From Longimicrobiales bacterium (GTDB lineage: Bacteria; Gemmatimonadota; Gemmatimonadetes; Longimicrobiales; Gaopeijiaceae), in NCBI GenBank assembly GCA_965197725.1, contig CBDANQ010000032.1, positions 1 to 64,000 of the forward strand: a stretch of DNA of 64,000 nt, given 5' to 3'. This document shows, in pieces, positions 21,268 to 32,635 of the stretch. The stretch's first letter is position 1, and each line of letters begins with the position of its first letter. The position numbers and the translations under genes are program-made. The notes under the pieces are model-generated. The model ran no database searches and was not told the DNA's origin. It worked only from the letters and a program-made list of their open reading frames with translations.

Positions 21268-23493
21268 TCAGGCCCAGCCCAGGTCATCGTCATCGAAGTG
21301 CTCTCTCCGTTCGACGTCCAGAACGCCCTTCACGCGCCCGATCGAGCGACGAACCTTTTCGAGGTGGGCCAGATCACGTACGTTGACCACGAATTCGCCG
21401 TGCATGCCACCCTCCATGGTACGCATGTCCGCGTGAGAGATGTCGGTGCCGGTATTCGTGATCGCCTTGGCAACGTCGGAAAGTAACCCACGGCGGTCCG
21501 ATCCCCGCATATACAGCTTCACGAAAAATCGATCGCCTTTCACCGCCGCCCATTCGATCTCGATGCGTCGCTCAGGATCGCGGGAGAGCGCGAGCACATT
21601 GGGGCAGTCCTGCCTGTGGATGGAGACCCCTCTGCCGCGCGTGATGTACCCGATGACCGGATCCCCCGGCACCGGCTGACAGCAGCGCGAATACCGGACG
21701 ATCAGGTTGTCCATGCCCTGAATGCGCACCCCACGGCCGGAGATCCTCAGGCGGGCCGCGATCCGCTCCAGCGCGGTAGGCTGGCGCTTTGCGACCTCGG
21801 CCGGATCGTGGTCGCTGAAGAACTGCTTGATGACCGCGGTTGGACCCACGTCACCGCGGCCGAGCGCCGCGTACACCTGATCGAACTCCTTGTACGCGAG
21901 CGCGACCGCTACCTCAAGGCGCTCATGTGGATCGCTCGGCAGCGTCCGCTTCGCCTTCTTCAGCTCACGGTCCAGCAAGTCCTTCCCGATCTTGAACGCC
22001 GCATCGAACTCTTCCGCGCGGATCCACTGCCGGATGTGCGTGCGCGCGCGCGACGTCTTCACGAAGGCCAACCAATCTCGGCTCGGTCGCTGCTTCGCGC
22101 TGGTGAGGATCTCGATGGTGTCGCCGTTCTTGAGCTCGCGGGACAGTGGGGCGATGCGGCCGTTCACCTTGGCGCCGGCGCAGTGCTTGCCAACCTCTGT
22201 GTGAACGGTGAACGCGAAGTCGATCGGAGTGGCGCCGGTCGGAAGGGCTTTCACGTCTCCTTCCGGCGTGAAGACGAATATCTCGCCTCTGAAGAGGTCC
22301 ATGCGCAGGAATTCCATGAACTCCTCGGGCTCCGCCGTATCCTGTTGCCATTCCAACACCTGTCGGAACCATGTCAGCGCCTCGTCGACCTCGCTCCCCC
22401 CTCGGTGGGCTACGTCGTCTTGCTTATATCGCCAGTGCGCGGCGATCCCGTACTCCGAGGTTCGGTGCATTTCCTCGGTGCGGATCTGGATCTCGTAGCG
22501 ACGCCCTCCCGGACCGAAGACGGTCGTATGCAGCGAGCGATACATGTTCGACTTGGGCGTCGCGATGTAGTCGTGAAAACGCTCCGGGATCGGCGTCCAC
22601 TTGCTGTGGATGATGCCCAGCGCGCCGTAGCAGCTCTGCACCGAATCGGTGAGCACCCGCATCGCCATCAGGTCGTAGACATCCTCGTAGGGTCGCCCTT
22701 GCATCATGATCTTCCGGTGAATCGACCACAGGTGCTTGGGGCGGCCGCTCACCTCGGCCGGGATGTCAGCCTCCTCGAGGGCCCGCTCGAGCGGACGTTG
22801 CATATCGAGGACCTCTCGCTCTCGCTCCTTGCGGCGCTGCTTGATCTTCTTGGTGAGCGCCGCGTAGGCGTCCGGCTCGAGGAACTTGAACGCCAGGTCT
22901 TCGAGCTCCCACCGGATCGCGGCCATGCCCAGCCGGTGCGCGAGTGGCGCGTAGATCTCACGGGTCTCGCGAGCGATGCGCCGGCGCTTATGTTCGGATA
23001 GGTGCTCGAGCGTGCGCATGTTGTGCACTCGGTCGGCGAGCTTCACGAGGATGACACGAGCGTCTTCGGCCATGGAGAGCAGCATTTTGCGGTAGTTCTC
23101 GACTTGCTGCTCCGTGGCGGACCGGAACCGGACTTGTCCGAGCTTCGTGACACCGTCGACGATCGTCGCCACTTCGCTGCCAAAGCGCTGCTCCAGGTCG
23201 GCGAGCGAGAGTTCCGTGTCCTCGACGACATCATGGATCAAGCCGACGACTATGGACGCCGTATCGAGCCGAAGCTGCGCGAGCAGAGTCGCCACTTCGA
23301 TCGTGTGGGTTACGTACTCGTCCCCCGACGCACGGGTCTGTCCCGCGTGAGCCTCTGCCGCGAGCTCGTAGGCGTCACGAATCGCGTCGACATCCAGCCG
23401 ATCCGCGTATGCCTCCATCGCCCGGGCGAGGGGGCGGGGGAGGCCGCGGATGGTGGTGGTGGACGGGGGGCTGGGGGTGGTCGACGTGGCCAT
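21268..23493 (-). CDS. relA: Bifunctional (p)ppGpp synthetase/hydrolase (long RSH)
   Basis: HD (IHDVVED), synthetase (EIQIRT), [11 protein letters not shown] and ACT domains. Confidence 0.96.
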   Translation of the reverse strand: MATSTTPSPPSTTTIRGLPRPLARAMEAYADRLDVDAIRDAYELAAEAHAGQTRASGDEYVTHTIEVATLLAQLRLDTASIVVGLIHDVVEDTELSLADLEQRFGSEVATIVDGVTKLGQVRFRSATEQQVENYRKMLLSMAEDARVILVKLADRVHNMRTLEHLSEHKRRRIARETREIYAPLAHRLGMAAIRWELEDLAFKFLEPDAYAALTKKIKQRRKEREREVLDMQRPLERALEEADIPAEVSGRPKHLWSIHRKIMMQGRPYEDVYDLMAMRVLTDSVQSCYGALGIIHSKWTPIPERFHDYIATPKSNMYRSLHTTVFGPGGRRYEIQIRTEEMHRTSEYGIAAHWRYKQDDVAHRGGSEVDEALTWFRQVLEWQQDTAEPEEFMEFLRMDLFRGEIFVFTPEGDVKALPTGATPIDFAFTVHTEVGKHCAGAKVNGRIAPLSRELKNGDTIEILTSAKQRPSRDWLAFVKTSRARTHIRQWIRAEEFDAAFKIGKDLLDRELKKAKRTLPSDPHERLEVAVALAYKEFDQVYAALGRGDVGPTAVIKQFFSDHDPAEVAKRQPTALERIAARLRISGRGVRIQGMDNLIVRYSRCCQPVPGDPVIGYITRGRGVSIHRQDCPNVLALSRDPERRIEIEWAAVKGDRFFVKLYMRGSDRRGLLSDVAKAITNTGTDISHADMRTMEGGMHGEFVVNVRDLAHLEKVRRSIGRVKGVLDVERREHFDDDDLGWA

Positions 23494-23602
23494 GTCCCTG
23501 AATGTACGGGCAATCGTAGATGAGCGACCAGCGGATGGGCGGCTAGAGGTGTTACTGGATCAGGATCGGCACTGATCTTGTTCAGGAACCGGCGGGTCGC
23601 TA

Positions 23603-24873
23603 TGACCTGCCCCCAAGAGCGGGTACCACATCCTATGTTAGTCCCAGCACCTGTGGAGGGCCGTGAAGGACGGGCATCCTCAAGAACCAGGGCGACGGCT
23701 TAATCGCCTCAGGGGCCGGGGGAAAGCCGCCGCAGGCGCTGTGGGGTCGGACGGTATTGTACTCGCGCCTCCATTGCTCGACCAGCACGGCCGCCTCCGC
23801 CAACGAGTAGAAGATCTCCCCGTTCAACAGCTCGTCCCTGAGCTTGCCGTTGAAGCTCTCGTTGTAGCCGTTCTCCCACGGGCTGCCCGGCTCGATAAAG
23901 AGCGTCTCGACGCCCACGCGCCCCAACCACCGCCGCACGAGCTTCGCGGTGAACTCCGCTCCGTTGTCCGACCTCAGATACTCGGGAGGCCCGTGTCGGA
24001 CGAACAGATCGGCCAGCACCTCGAGCACGTCGTGCGAGCGGATCTTGCGAGCCACCACGATCGCCAGGCACTCCCTCGTGTGCTCGTCCAGCACTGTCAG
24101 CAGCTTCAGCGCACGCCCGTCGTGCGTCCTCGAGGCCACGAAGTCGTACGACCAGACGTGGCCCCGATACAGCGGCCTCAGCCGGATGCACGATCCGTCG
24201 TTGAGCCACAGCCGACCTCGCTTCGGCTGCCGCTGCGGGACCTTCAGCCCCTCCTGCCTCCAGATCCGCTCCACCCGCTTGTGGTGCACCCCCCAGCCCT
24301 CGATGCGGAGCATGTCCGTGACGCGTCGGTAGCCGTAGCGGCCGAATCGACTCGCGAGTCGCACGATATCACCTCGGAGCGCCCCCTCGTCACTCGCCAC
24401 TTTCCTCGCCCGGCGCTGGGTCGTGCGTGGCTGCCCGAGCACCCGGCACGCTCTCCTCTCCGACGCCCCGAGCTGCTGACGTACACGCACCACACAACGT
24501 CGTCGGCGCTCGGGGCTCAGAAGTTTCCCTCGGCTGCTTCCTCCAGGATCAGCTTGTCCAGTGTCAAGTCCGCCACTGCTCGCTTCAGGCGCCCGTTCTC
24601 GCGCTCGAGCTCCTTCAGGCGCCGTGCCTGGCTCACCTTCATCCCGCCGTACTCCCGCCTCCACCGGTAGTACGTCTGCTCGGTGATGCCGAGCTCCCGG
24701 CTGATCAGCTTCACGGATTTGCCGCGGGCCAGACCGACCTCTGCCTCCCGCAGTGCAGTGATGATCTGCTCCGGAGTGTGTCGCTTCCTTCCCATCCTGA
24801 CCTCCTCGCTGAAAAACTTCAGACCAGGTCGATCCTAACATTGCACCTGGTCTCGTTTCAGGGGGTCAGGTCA
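23603..24873 (-). mobile_element. IS3-family element, orfA 24517-24795 and orfB 23633-~24520, probable programmed -1 frameshift
   Basis: TG...CA ends; imperfect IRs TGACCTGCCCCC..GGTACCA and TGACCTGACCCCC..GAGACCA; WSYDF, RSDNG and PWENGYNESFNG; GAGGGAAAC at the overlap; no TSD seen. Confidence 0.93.
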
Positions 24874-25112
24874 ATGCCGAGGCGGAAGACGTAGTTGACG
24901 CCAAGGCGAATGCAGACGAGAAGAACCAGGGCCTGGCCGAAGCTCCATCCAACGAATGCAGCCGACTCGAAGTCGAAACGCGCGAGGTACGCCAGCGTGA
25001 GCGACCCGGTCGCGACGACCCCGAAGACGACAGATGCCACGAGCCGCCGGTGACGTCGAGCGAACCTGAGACCGACTTGTCCAGCCAGATCGGCTAACGA
25101 TGTAGGGTCCAT
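24874..25112 (-). pseudogene. 5' membrane portion of a CapD/PglF-type polysaccharide gene truncated by IS3
   Basis: Hydrophobic N-terminus with LAYLARFDF ends at the IS end; remainder not found on the other side. Confidence 0.55.
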
Positions 25113-25303
25113 GAAGTGGTGGTCAGGGCAGCAGAAGAGCCGAGGGTGCAAAGATGATGCGCAATCGGTGATTTTGATAGGTCTGTGGGCCACGCCACAT
25201 CTCTTCGGTTGTCGGGTGGCATGAGCAGGAATAGCTTGTATAGGCACGATGTCCAGGTTCTCTCGCCCCGGGATCTCCTGGATCGACTCGCGCGGCCCCC
25301 TCC

Positions 25304-28300
25304 CTACCGCCCGTGACACTTCTTGTACTTCTTCCCGCTCCCACACGGACACTGCTCGTTCCGCCCCGGCGCCTTCTCGACCGACACCGGTCTGCGCTCC
25401 GGCCGCTCACCCCGGTTGGTCGATAGCTGTCGCGGATCCGGCCCTGCCGGCGCCCGTGCCAGCCCGGTCGCGACCTCACTCGCCCGGGCTGACATCCCCA
25501 ACTCGTCCCGCGCACCGCCACCGACTCCGCCCACCGCCACCGCCTGCCGCTGGCCTGCCTGAGCTGCCTGGTCCCCCAGCCCGCCACCCGCCGCGCTCTC
25601 CGAGGGGCCGGAATAGGCCAACCGCTGCGGCACACGCGTGCGCGGTTGCGGCGGCCCGAACTGCGCTCGGAAGAAGAAGCTGCCGACCGTCTTTCGCAGA
25701 TCGGTCATGAGGTCCACGAACATGTCGTAGGCCTCTTTCTTGTACTCGACGAGGGGGTCCTTTTGACCCCAGCCACGGAACCCGATCGACGCCTTCAGGT
25801 GATCGAGGTCGTAGAGGTGATCCTTCCACTTTTCGTCGATCACCGAGAGCATGATGAAGTTCGCCACCTGCTCCTGGTGCTCGCCGAGGCTGTCCAGCTT
25901 CCTGTGGAACGCGTCGCGCAGACCCTCGATCACCCACTGCTCGATCTCGTGACGCTCGATCTCGTGCTCGGGGTCGTTCACCTCGGGGAGCTGGGCCACC
26001 ATCACGAAGAAGTCGAGCAGGAGCCGGCGCCTGAGTCCGGCCAGGTCCCACGACTCCGCGTTCTCGTGCGCGGGCGCGAACTCGTCGATCACGTGCTCGG
26101 CGGCGTGCTCGATCATCTCCCAGATCTCGCCCTTGAGGTCCTCGCCCCCCTCCAGAGCGAACAGGCGCATGTCGTAGATGACCTCGCGCTGCTGGTTCAT
26201 GACATCGTCATAGTCCAGCAGGCGCTTACGTGCCTCGAAGTTGTTGATCTCGACCTTTTTCTGCGCGCGCTCGATCGACTTCGTGACGAGGCCGTGCGTA
26301 ATCACCTCGCCCTCTTCGGCTCCCCACCGGTCCATCACGTTGGCGATGCGCTCGGAGCCGAAGAGCCGCATGAGGTCGTCCTCGAGCGACAGGTAGAACT
26401 GTGACGCTCCGGGGTCGCCCTGACGACCGGCCCGACCGCGGAGCTGGCGATCGATGCGCCGAGAGTCGTGCCGCTCCGATCCGATGATCTGAAGCCCGCC
26501 GGCCTCGAGCACGTCGTCGTCCGCACTCACTTGGAGCTTCTCGCCCCGCACGGGGTCGATCGGCCACACGTCGTCCAGCTCGATCCCGCGTTCCTTCAGC
26601 CACCCGAGCGTCCGCGCCCCCGTAACCCCTTCGCCCAGTTTGATGTCCGTGCCGCGACCGGCCATGTTCGTCGCGATCGTGACCACGCCGGGGTGACCCG
26701 CGTCCCGAACGATCTCGGACTCGGACTTGTGGTGCTTGGCGTTGAGCACCTGATGCTTGACTCCCCGCCTCTTGAGCATGCGCGAGAGCGTCTCCGACAC
26801 GTCCACGTTCGTGGTGCCCACGAGGACCGGCAGCTCCATCTTGTTGAGCCGCTCGATCTCGTCCATGATCGCGTTGTACTTCTCGCGCTTGGTGCGGAAG
26901 ATGAGGTCGTCACGATCGTCGCGCACAACGGGCCGGTTGGTGGGGATGACGAGCACGTCCAGCTTGTAGATCTGGTGGAATTCGGTCTCCTCGGTCTCGG
27001 CGGTACCCGTCATGCCGGCGAGCTTGTCGTACATCCGGAAGTAGTTCTGGATGGTGATCGTGGCGAGCGTCTGCGTCTCGCCCCGGATCTCGACTCCCTC
27101 CTTCGCCTCCACGGCCTGGTGGAGCCCGTCGCTCCACCGCCGCCCCGCCATCTGACGACCGGTGAACTCGTCGACGATGACGACTTCGCCGCTCTCGCCG
27201 ATGATGTACTTCTCGTCTTTGTGGAAGAGCGTGTACGCCTTCAGGAGCTGGTGGATGACGTGGATCTTCTGACTCTTGGCGGCATACTCCGCTTCGAGCT
27301 CCTGCATCATCTCCCGCTTCTGCTCGATCGAGAGCGTCTCGCTGTTCTCGACCTCGCCCATCTCGGCGGAGAGATCGGGCACCGTGAACGCCTCGGGATC
27401 GCTCGGTGACAACTCGTCGAGTCCGCGGTCGGACAGGTGCACGTTGTGCCCCTTTTCGTCCATCGCGAAGTAGAGCATCTCGTCGATGTCATGCAGGCGC
27501 TTCTCCCGCATGAAGTCGGCCTCGACCTTGTTCACGAGCGTCTGCAGCGACGGGTCGTCGGCCAGCAGCTTCATGAACTTGCGGTGCTTCGGCGCGCCAC
27601 GCCTCACGGCGAGTAGCTTTTCGCCCGCCTCAAACTGCTCGTCGTCCGCCAGGTGCTTCTCGGCCTCGCTCACCATCTCGTTCGCGATGCGCAGCTGCTT
27701 CTTGTAGAGGCTGCCGACAAGCGAGTTGTAGTGCTTGAACGGGGTCGACGTATCGCTTCCCACCGGGCCTGAGATAATGAGAGGCGTCCGGGCCTCGTCG
27801 ATCAGAATCGAGTCCACTTCATCGATGATCGCATAGGCGTGATCACGCTGCACCCGCTGCTCGAGCTGGTGCACCATGTTGTCGCGCAGGTAATCGAACC
27901 CGAACTCGTTGTTCGTGCCGTACGTGATGTCGGCGCGGTACGCCGCCTGGCGCTCGGGCGATCCCGGGTCGTACAGGTCGATGACGTCGACGCTGAGCCC
28001 TAGGAAGTCAAAGATCGTGCCCATCCATTCGGCGTCACGCTGGGCCAGGTAGGTGTTCACGGTGACCAGATGTGCCCCCCGACCGGCCAGAGCGTTCAGG
28101 TACAGGGGCATGGTAGCGACCAGGGTCTTTCCCTCGCCCGTCGCCATCTCCTCGACCTTGCCGCGGTGCAGCGTGATGGCGCCGATGAGCTGCACGTCGT
28201 ACGGGACCATGTCCCACGTCATCGGCTGGCCCGTGACGACGATGTCCCGCCCCATCAGTCGGCGGCATGCGTCCTTCACGACCGCGAAGGCCTCCGGCAG

Positions 28301-28618
28301 TATCTCCGCTAGCGTGTCCTCCACGGTCTCGAGCAGCTCCGACTCGATCTCGCCGATCTGGAGCGAGAGCAGCTCGCGATCGGATCCGTCCTCGGAATGG
28401 CGCTTTTGCTCACGAAGCTCCTCGATCTCGGCCTTTACATCGGCGGCCGAAGTCTCGACGCGCTGCTTGAACTCCTCGGTCTTCGCGCGCAGCTGCTCGT
28501 CGGAGAGCGAGGCATTCTCTTCGGCGAGCTCGTTGATCTCGTCGATGAGGGGTTGGAGCCTCTTGGCCTCACGCTTGTGGTGAGAGCCGAGAAGGGTCTT
28601 GATCGCTGATTTGAACAT
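25304..28618 (-). CDS. secA: Preprotein translocase ATPase SecA (long form with SEC-C motif)
   Basis: MATGEGKT, IDEVDSILIDEARTP, NMAGRGTDI, QLRGRAGRQGDPG and CPCGSGKKYKKCH. Confidence 0.98.
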   Translation of the reverse strand: MFKSAIKTLLGSHHKREAKRLQPLIDEINELAEENASLSDEQLRAKTEEFKQRVETSAADVKAEIEELREQKRHSEDGSDRELLSLQIGEIESELLETVEDTLAEILPEAFAVVKDACRRLMGRDIVVTGQPMTWDMVPYDVQLIGAITLHRGKVEEMATGEGKTLVATMPLYLNALAGRGAHLVTVNTYLAQRDAEWMGTIFDFLGLSVDVIDLYDPGSPERQAAYRADITYGTNNEFGFDYLRDNMVHQLEQRVQRDHAYAIIDEVDSILIDEARTPLIISGPVGSDTSTPFKHYNSLVGSLYKKQLRIANEMVSEAEKHLADDEQFEAGEKLLAVRRGAPKHRKFMKLLADDPSLQTLVNKVEADFMREKRLHDIDEMLYFAMDEKGHNVHLSDRGLDELSPSDPEAFTVPDLSAEMGEVENSETLSIEQKREMMQELEAEYAAKSQKIHVIHQLLKAYTLFHKDEKYIIGESGEVVIVDEFTGRQMAGRRWSDGLHQAVEAKEGVEIRGETQTLATITIQNYFRMYDKLAGMTGTAETEETEFHQIYKLDVLVIPTNRPVVRDDRDDLIFRTKREKYNAIMDEIERLNKMELPVLVGTTNVDVSETLSRMLKRRGVKHQVLNAKHHKSESEIVRDAGHPGVVTIATNMAGRGTDIKLGEGVTGARTLGWLKERGIELDDVWPIDPVRGEKLQVSADDDVLEAGGLQIIGSERHDSRRIDRQLRGRAGRQGDPGASQFYLSLEDDLMRLFGSERIANVMDRWGAEEGEVITHGLVTKSIERAQKKVEINNFEARKRLLDYDDVMNQQREVIYDMRLFALEGGEDLKGEIWEMIEHAAEHVIDEFAPAHENAESWDLAGLRRRLLLDFFVMVAQLPEVNDPEHEIERHEIEQWVIEGLRDAFHRKLDSLGEHQEQVANFIMLSVIDEKWKDHLYDLDHLKASIGFRGWGQKDPLVEYKKEAYDMFVDLMTDLRKTVGSFFFRAQFGPPQPRTRVPQRLAYSGPSESAAGGGLGDQAAQAGQRQAVAVGGVGGGARDELGMSARASEVATGLARAPAGPDPRQLSTNRGERPERRPVSVEKAPGRNEQCPCGSGKKYKKCHGR

Positions 28619-28717
28619 CGATGCCGCAGGGGTACGACGGGAACGACTGCAGGGTCGAACCGTCTACACCCGTCCGGTGGGAAAGATCGGGGCCGCGCGT
28701 GTCGATCCGGGACCTAG

Positions 28718-28909
28718 GAGGGTGATCGGAAAGGGGGGCGGGCCGCGTTGCGATGCCACGGCCCTAGATCCTAGGCGCAGCTTCGAAGGCATAGCCGTCG
28801 CTACGGCTAGGAGCTCCAACGACGGAGATGGGGCCGTGCCACCGCAACCCACAAACACGCGTGTCCTTTCATCATGGTGTTGGGCCCACCCCCCTTTCCG
28901 ATCACCCTC
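28718..28909. mobile_element. MITE-like non-autonomous element, 192 bp
   Basis: 27-bp TIR GAGGGTGATCGGAAAGGGGGG(C/T)GGGCC with 1 mismatch; CTAG on both sides (28714-17, 28910-13). Confidence 0.8.
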
Positions 28910-28933
28910 CTAGAGCCGAGAAGCCCGGCATCG

Positions 28934-28962
28934 TTGTTGCAATATTTACGCAATGGTACATT
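28934..28962 (+). promoter_or_regulatory. Candidate sigma70 promoter of wza-wzc
   Basis: TTGTTG-17bp-TACATT with TG extension; overlapping TTGC-N9-GCAA inverted repeat. Confidence 0.45.
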
Positions 28963-29018
28963 GCAGGCGGAAACGTTTGTAGTAAGCCGCCTCCTGACAC
29001 GACTCTTCAACCTGGTTC

Positions 29019-29663
29019 ATGCCGTTAAACCTCGTCCACGCCGTGCGACGCACCACCGTACTGACCGCCATCGTGGCAATGACATGGTCTCTGTCCGAAG
29101 CGTCCGCAAGCGCCCAGGAGTCCGCCGATGCCAGCCAAACCATCCGCCCCGGCGACGTGATCAGGGTCGCTATCTTCCGTGAGCCGGACATGTCTCTCGA
29201 CTACGTCGTCGACGAAACGGGCTCGGTCGTATTCGCAGGCGCGGGCGAGTACAACGTGCTGGGCGACACGAAGGCCACGCTGGAGGTGCGCCTGCTTGCG
29301 GATTACGGGCAGAGGCTGCGAGACCCCAACATCGACGTCACCGTCCTGAGAAGGGTTCGCATCATCGGATCCGTGAATGATCCGGGGCTCCATCTGGTGG
29401 ACGCCACGGTGACGATCGCGGACGCGCTGGCGATGGCCGGCGGCGCGACGGCGCTCGGTGATCCGGACAAGATCCAGATCATCCGTGACGGCCAGGAGAT
29501 CGCGATCGACATCAGCGCCGATACGCGACTGAGCGACTCGATCATCCGCTCTGGCGACCAGATCTTCGTACCCGAACGGAGTTGGATGAGCCGAAACTCG
29601 AACGTCGTGGCGACAGCGCTCAGCGCCTCGGTCGCCCTCGTCATCGCTCTGTTCATACGATAG
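29019..29663 (+). CDS. wza: Polysaccharide export protein (Poly_export + SLBB)
   Basis: Signal peptide, IRPGDVIRV, IADALAMAGG and IRSGDQIFVP. Confidence 0.85.
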   Translation: MPLNLVHAVRRTTVLTAIVAMTWSLSEASASAQESADASQTIRPGDVIRVAIFREPDMSLDYVVDETGSVVFAGAGEYNVLGDTKATLEVRLLADYGQRLRDPNIDVTVLRRVRIIGSVNDPGLHLVDATVTIADALAMAGGATALGDPDKIQIIRDGQEIAIDISADTRLSDSIIRSGDQIFVPERSWMSRNSNVVATALSASVALVIALFIR

Positions 29664-29671
29664 AGGCATCC

Positions 29672-32635
29672 ATGGGATCGACGCGACGCCCTAGCAGTCC
29701 GTGGAAGAAATAGGTTCCCAGCGGATGATGGGTGGGAGAGAAGGCAGACACGCGGGGGCTGTGTTGTTGTGCAAGAAGCGGGTTTTGGGGTCTGACGAGG
29801 CGATATTCGGCCCAAGGAAGGCGAAATAGCGCCGAATACGGCGGAAAAAGCGCGAGACGCGGGTTGTAACCTGAGTTGCGAGCGCAGCTTGTACGGTAGC
29901 GAGGCCCTGTAACGCACGGGGGGTTCCAACCCCGAACCGCTTGCGCATGAGAAGGCCGAGGTTGAAGGCCGCCGCGTGGATCAACATCCGTTTTCGAATC
30001 TCCTCCTGGCCCCGTATGTGGACGCGACGCAGCCCTCCGGTCACAAGCAAGTGCGCAAACCCCCGCTCCACCTTCTCGCCGCGCTGGCGCAGCAGCCGCA
30101 TCCCCCGGTTGCCGCGGATCCGGCGGCGGTTGTCGTAGGTCGGCGTCTGCGCGTCCCGGTTGTTCTTCCATTTCCGGCGCCCGCGGTTGGGCTCGCTCAC
30201 ATAGCTGCGCAGCTCCCGCTCCTTCACGCCCGTCATGGTCTTGTTCGAGTGGTAGCCTTTGTCGGCCACCACTTCCTCGGGCTCTACCTGCACTACTTCC
30301 AGCTGCCGCTCTGCCTCGTCCAGCGTGTTGGGCAGCGACGCCACATCTCCCCCGTCCATCGTCTGCACCGTCACCGCCACAAGCGCACCGGTCTCCATGT
30401 CGACCGCCTGCTCCAACTTGTGCGCCAGGCGCGTCCTGCCGTCCTTCATCTTCGTGATCCGCGCCTCCGGGTCGTGCGGATGCACCCAGTCCTTGTTCGA
30501 GCCCTTCTTCGGACGCTTCCGGTCCAGCGTCGTCAGATCCTTGCGCGTCGGCGTCTCGATCCCCGACGCCCGGGCCACCTGCTCCAGCCATTCATCGTAG
30601 CCCAACCCGTCGTCGCGCCGCACGATCGTGCGCATCGCCGCATTCGCCTCCAGCGTCGTCGAGTCGACGCCCAGCGTCTTGCCGCTCAGCAACCCCGACC
30701 CCTTCAGCAGCTCCAGCACCCGCCCGAACACCGCCGCGTGCGCTTCCACGCTCAGGCGCTTGCGCGTCTTCGACAGGGTCGAATGCTCCGGCGGGTTCTT
30801 CGCCCACCCGTATCCCAGAAACTCACGCAACGACAACGAGTCCCCACACCGCCAGGCAATGCCCCGCTCCGAGCCGATCCCTTCCAGGTAGCCCACCATC
30901 ATCATTCGGAAATACACCCCGGGAGCAATCCCCGGCCGACCCCGATTGTCCGCGTAGAACTCACGGCATGCCTCTTCCGCGAACTCGTCAAACCCGCTTT
31001 TCGCCAGAAGCTCGTTCAAGGCCCGGTAGAACGGGTTGTCCAAGGCCCGAATCTCGCTCGCCACCACGAACATCTCGCCCTGCCGAGCCTCGGGCCGCTT
31101 GCCTACCGCCATCGCCGTCCTCGCTGCAAAAACCCTCGTGTCCTCCTGATTTAACACAACAGCGATGACCGGACTTTATCCACGGTCTGCTAGTAAAGGT
31201 GCCCGTCAAGAGGACGGGATCAACCTTCGCGAGGTCTGGAACCTGCTGATCCGGAATTGGCTGGTCATTGCGTTCTGCTTCGTCGCGTGCGTCGGCGCCG
31301 CCGCAAGTTATACGTACTATACCGTCCCAGTGTACCAATCGGTGACCTCGATCCAGATCGAGGAGGAGCGCTCGGACATTCCGGTTCTCGACATTCTGCA
31401 AACGCTTTCGACTGGTAGCGAAGTCGAGACCGAGATGGAGGTCTTGCGGAGCCGGACGCTCGCCGAGGAGGTCGTCGACTCACTGGGTCTCCAGGTCCAC
31501 GTGGAGGCTCCTCGGGGTGTGGCGCGCACGGTGCTGATGGGCGCCATCTACGTGGAGCCGTGGGCGCCTGAGGCCGTCTATCGTTCTGGACGCGCTCCCG
31601 GACGGCACCTTCTCGATAACCCAAGAGGAGACTCGAACTTCGGTCGGTACCGCGGCGATTCGGAGCCCGGCGGCCGTGCCCGGCGCGACCTTCACGCTTC
31701 GGGAGGCGGCATCCGAACACGCGCAGGTAGTCGTGGCTGTCTCCACCTTCGACCAGGCAGTCCAGAATCTGCGCGAGGCGATCGCGGTTTCCCGCCCGAA
31801 CCGCGAGGCCGCTATCGTCACGGTGCGCTACGAGTCGAGCGACACCCAACTGGTACGCCTGGTTCCGAACACGCTTGCCTCGCGATACATCGCCCAGGGG
31901 CAACGGGTTCGAAAGCGCGCGGCAACGAGCACGGTCGCTTTCCTCGAGGACCAGATCGACACCCTCTCGATCCAGCTCCGGCAGGCCCAGGAGGCGCTCA
32001 CCGGGTTCCGTGAGCTGAACCAAGTCGTGAGCATCCAGGCGGAAGCCGACGCACAGGTGACGCAGATGGCTGCGCTGCAAGCGCAGCGGAACATCATCGA
32101 GGCCGAACGGGACGCTCTGCAGACCTTGGTCAGCGACATCGATCAGGAAGCTGCGCTGGCCGACCCGTCGGACCCATCCCCCTACACGAAGCTGATCTCC
32201 TTTCCGACGATCTTTCCTAACGCGGCGGCCTCCGAGCTACTGCGGGGTCTGAACGAGGCGGTCTCGGAGCGATCACTGCTTCTTCAGCGCCGGCTGATGG
32301 AGGATCCGGACGTCGCCAACCTGAGCAACCGGATCCACGAGATTCGAGCTGCAGCTCCGCAATACGGTGATCACATACCTGCGGGGGCTCGAAAACCAAG
32401 TGATCGGTTACGACGACGTGCTGGAGCAGTTCGGCGCGGACCTCGAACGCATCCCAGAGACCCAGGTTCAGCTGCTCCGGATCAGGCGAGAGACGGACGT
32501 GCTCGAGGAGGTCTACACGATCCTCCGAAACCGCATGCAAGAAGCCCTGATCCTGGAGGCCGTGGACGACGCGAGCGTACGCGTCGTGGACTTGGCGATT
32601 CTTCCGCCCGAGCCGATCAAGCCACGTACCCTGCT
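29672..32635 (+). pseudogene. wzc: Wzc/GumC chain-length regulator: IS-interrupted at codon 7-8, two frameshifts (~31585, ~32345), C-terminal domain deleted
   Basis: Removing the IS gives MGSTRRPSKGARQEDGINLREVWNLL; then VETEMEVLRSR, coiled coils and VRVVDLAILPPEPIKP; ends at a junction with inverted rmlB. Confidence 0.85.
29695..31189 (-). mobile_element. IS1182/IS5-like element copy 1 (1495 bp, DUF772 + DDE transposase)
   Basis: Terminal IRs CAG(T/A)CCGTGGA; CTAG duplication; YFRMMMVGYLEG, GVDST and VADKGY. Confidence 0.92.

Noticed and set aside
19231..21453. relA repeat pair as a diversity-generating retroelement TR/VR
   Set aside because: Mismatches are not adenine-specific on either strand and there is no reverse transcriptase in the window
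23589..23602. 14-bp match CCGGCGGGTCGCTA shared with 36466-36479 as an ops/JUMPstart-like signal
   Set aside because: Does not fit the ops consensus; a GC-rich 14-mer match is expected by chance in 64 kb
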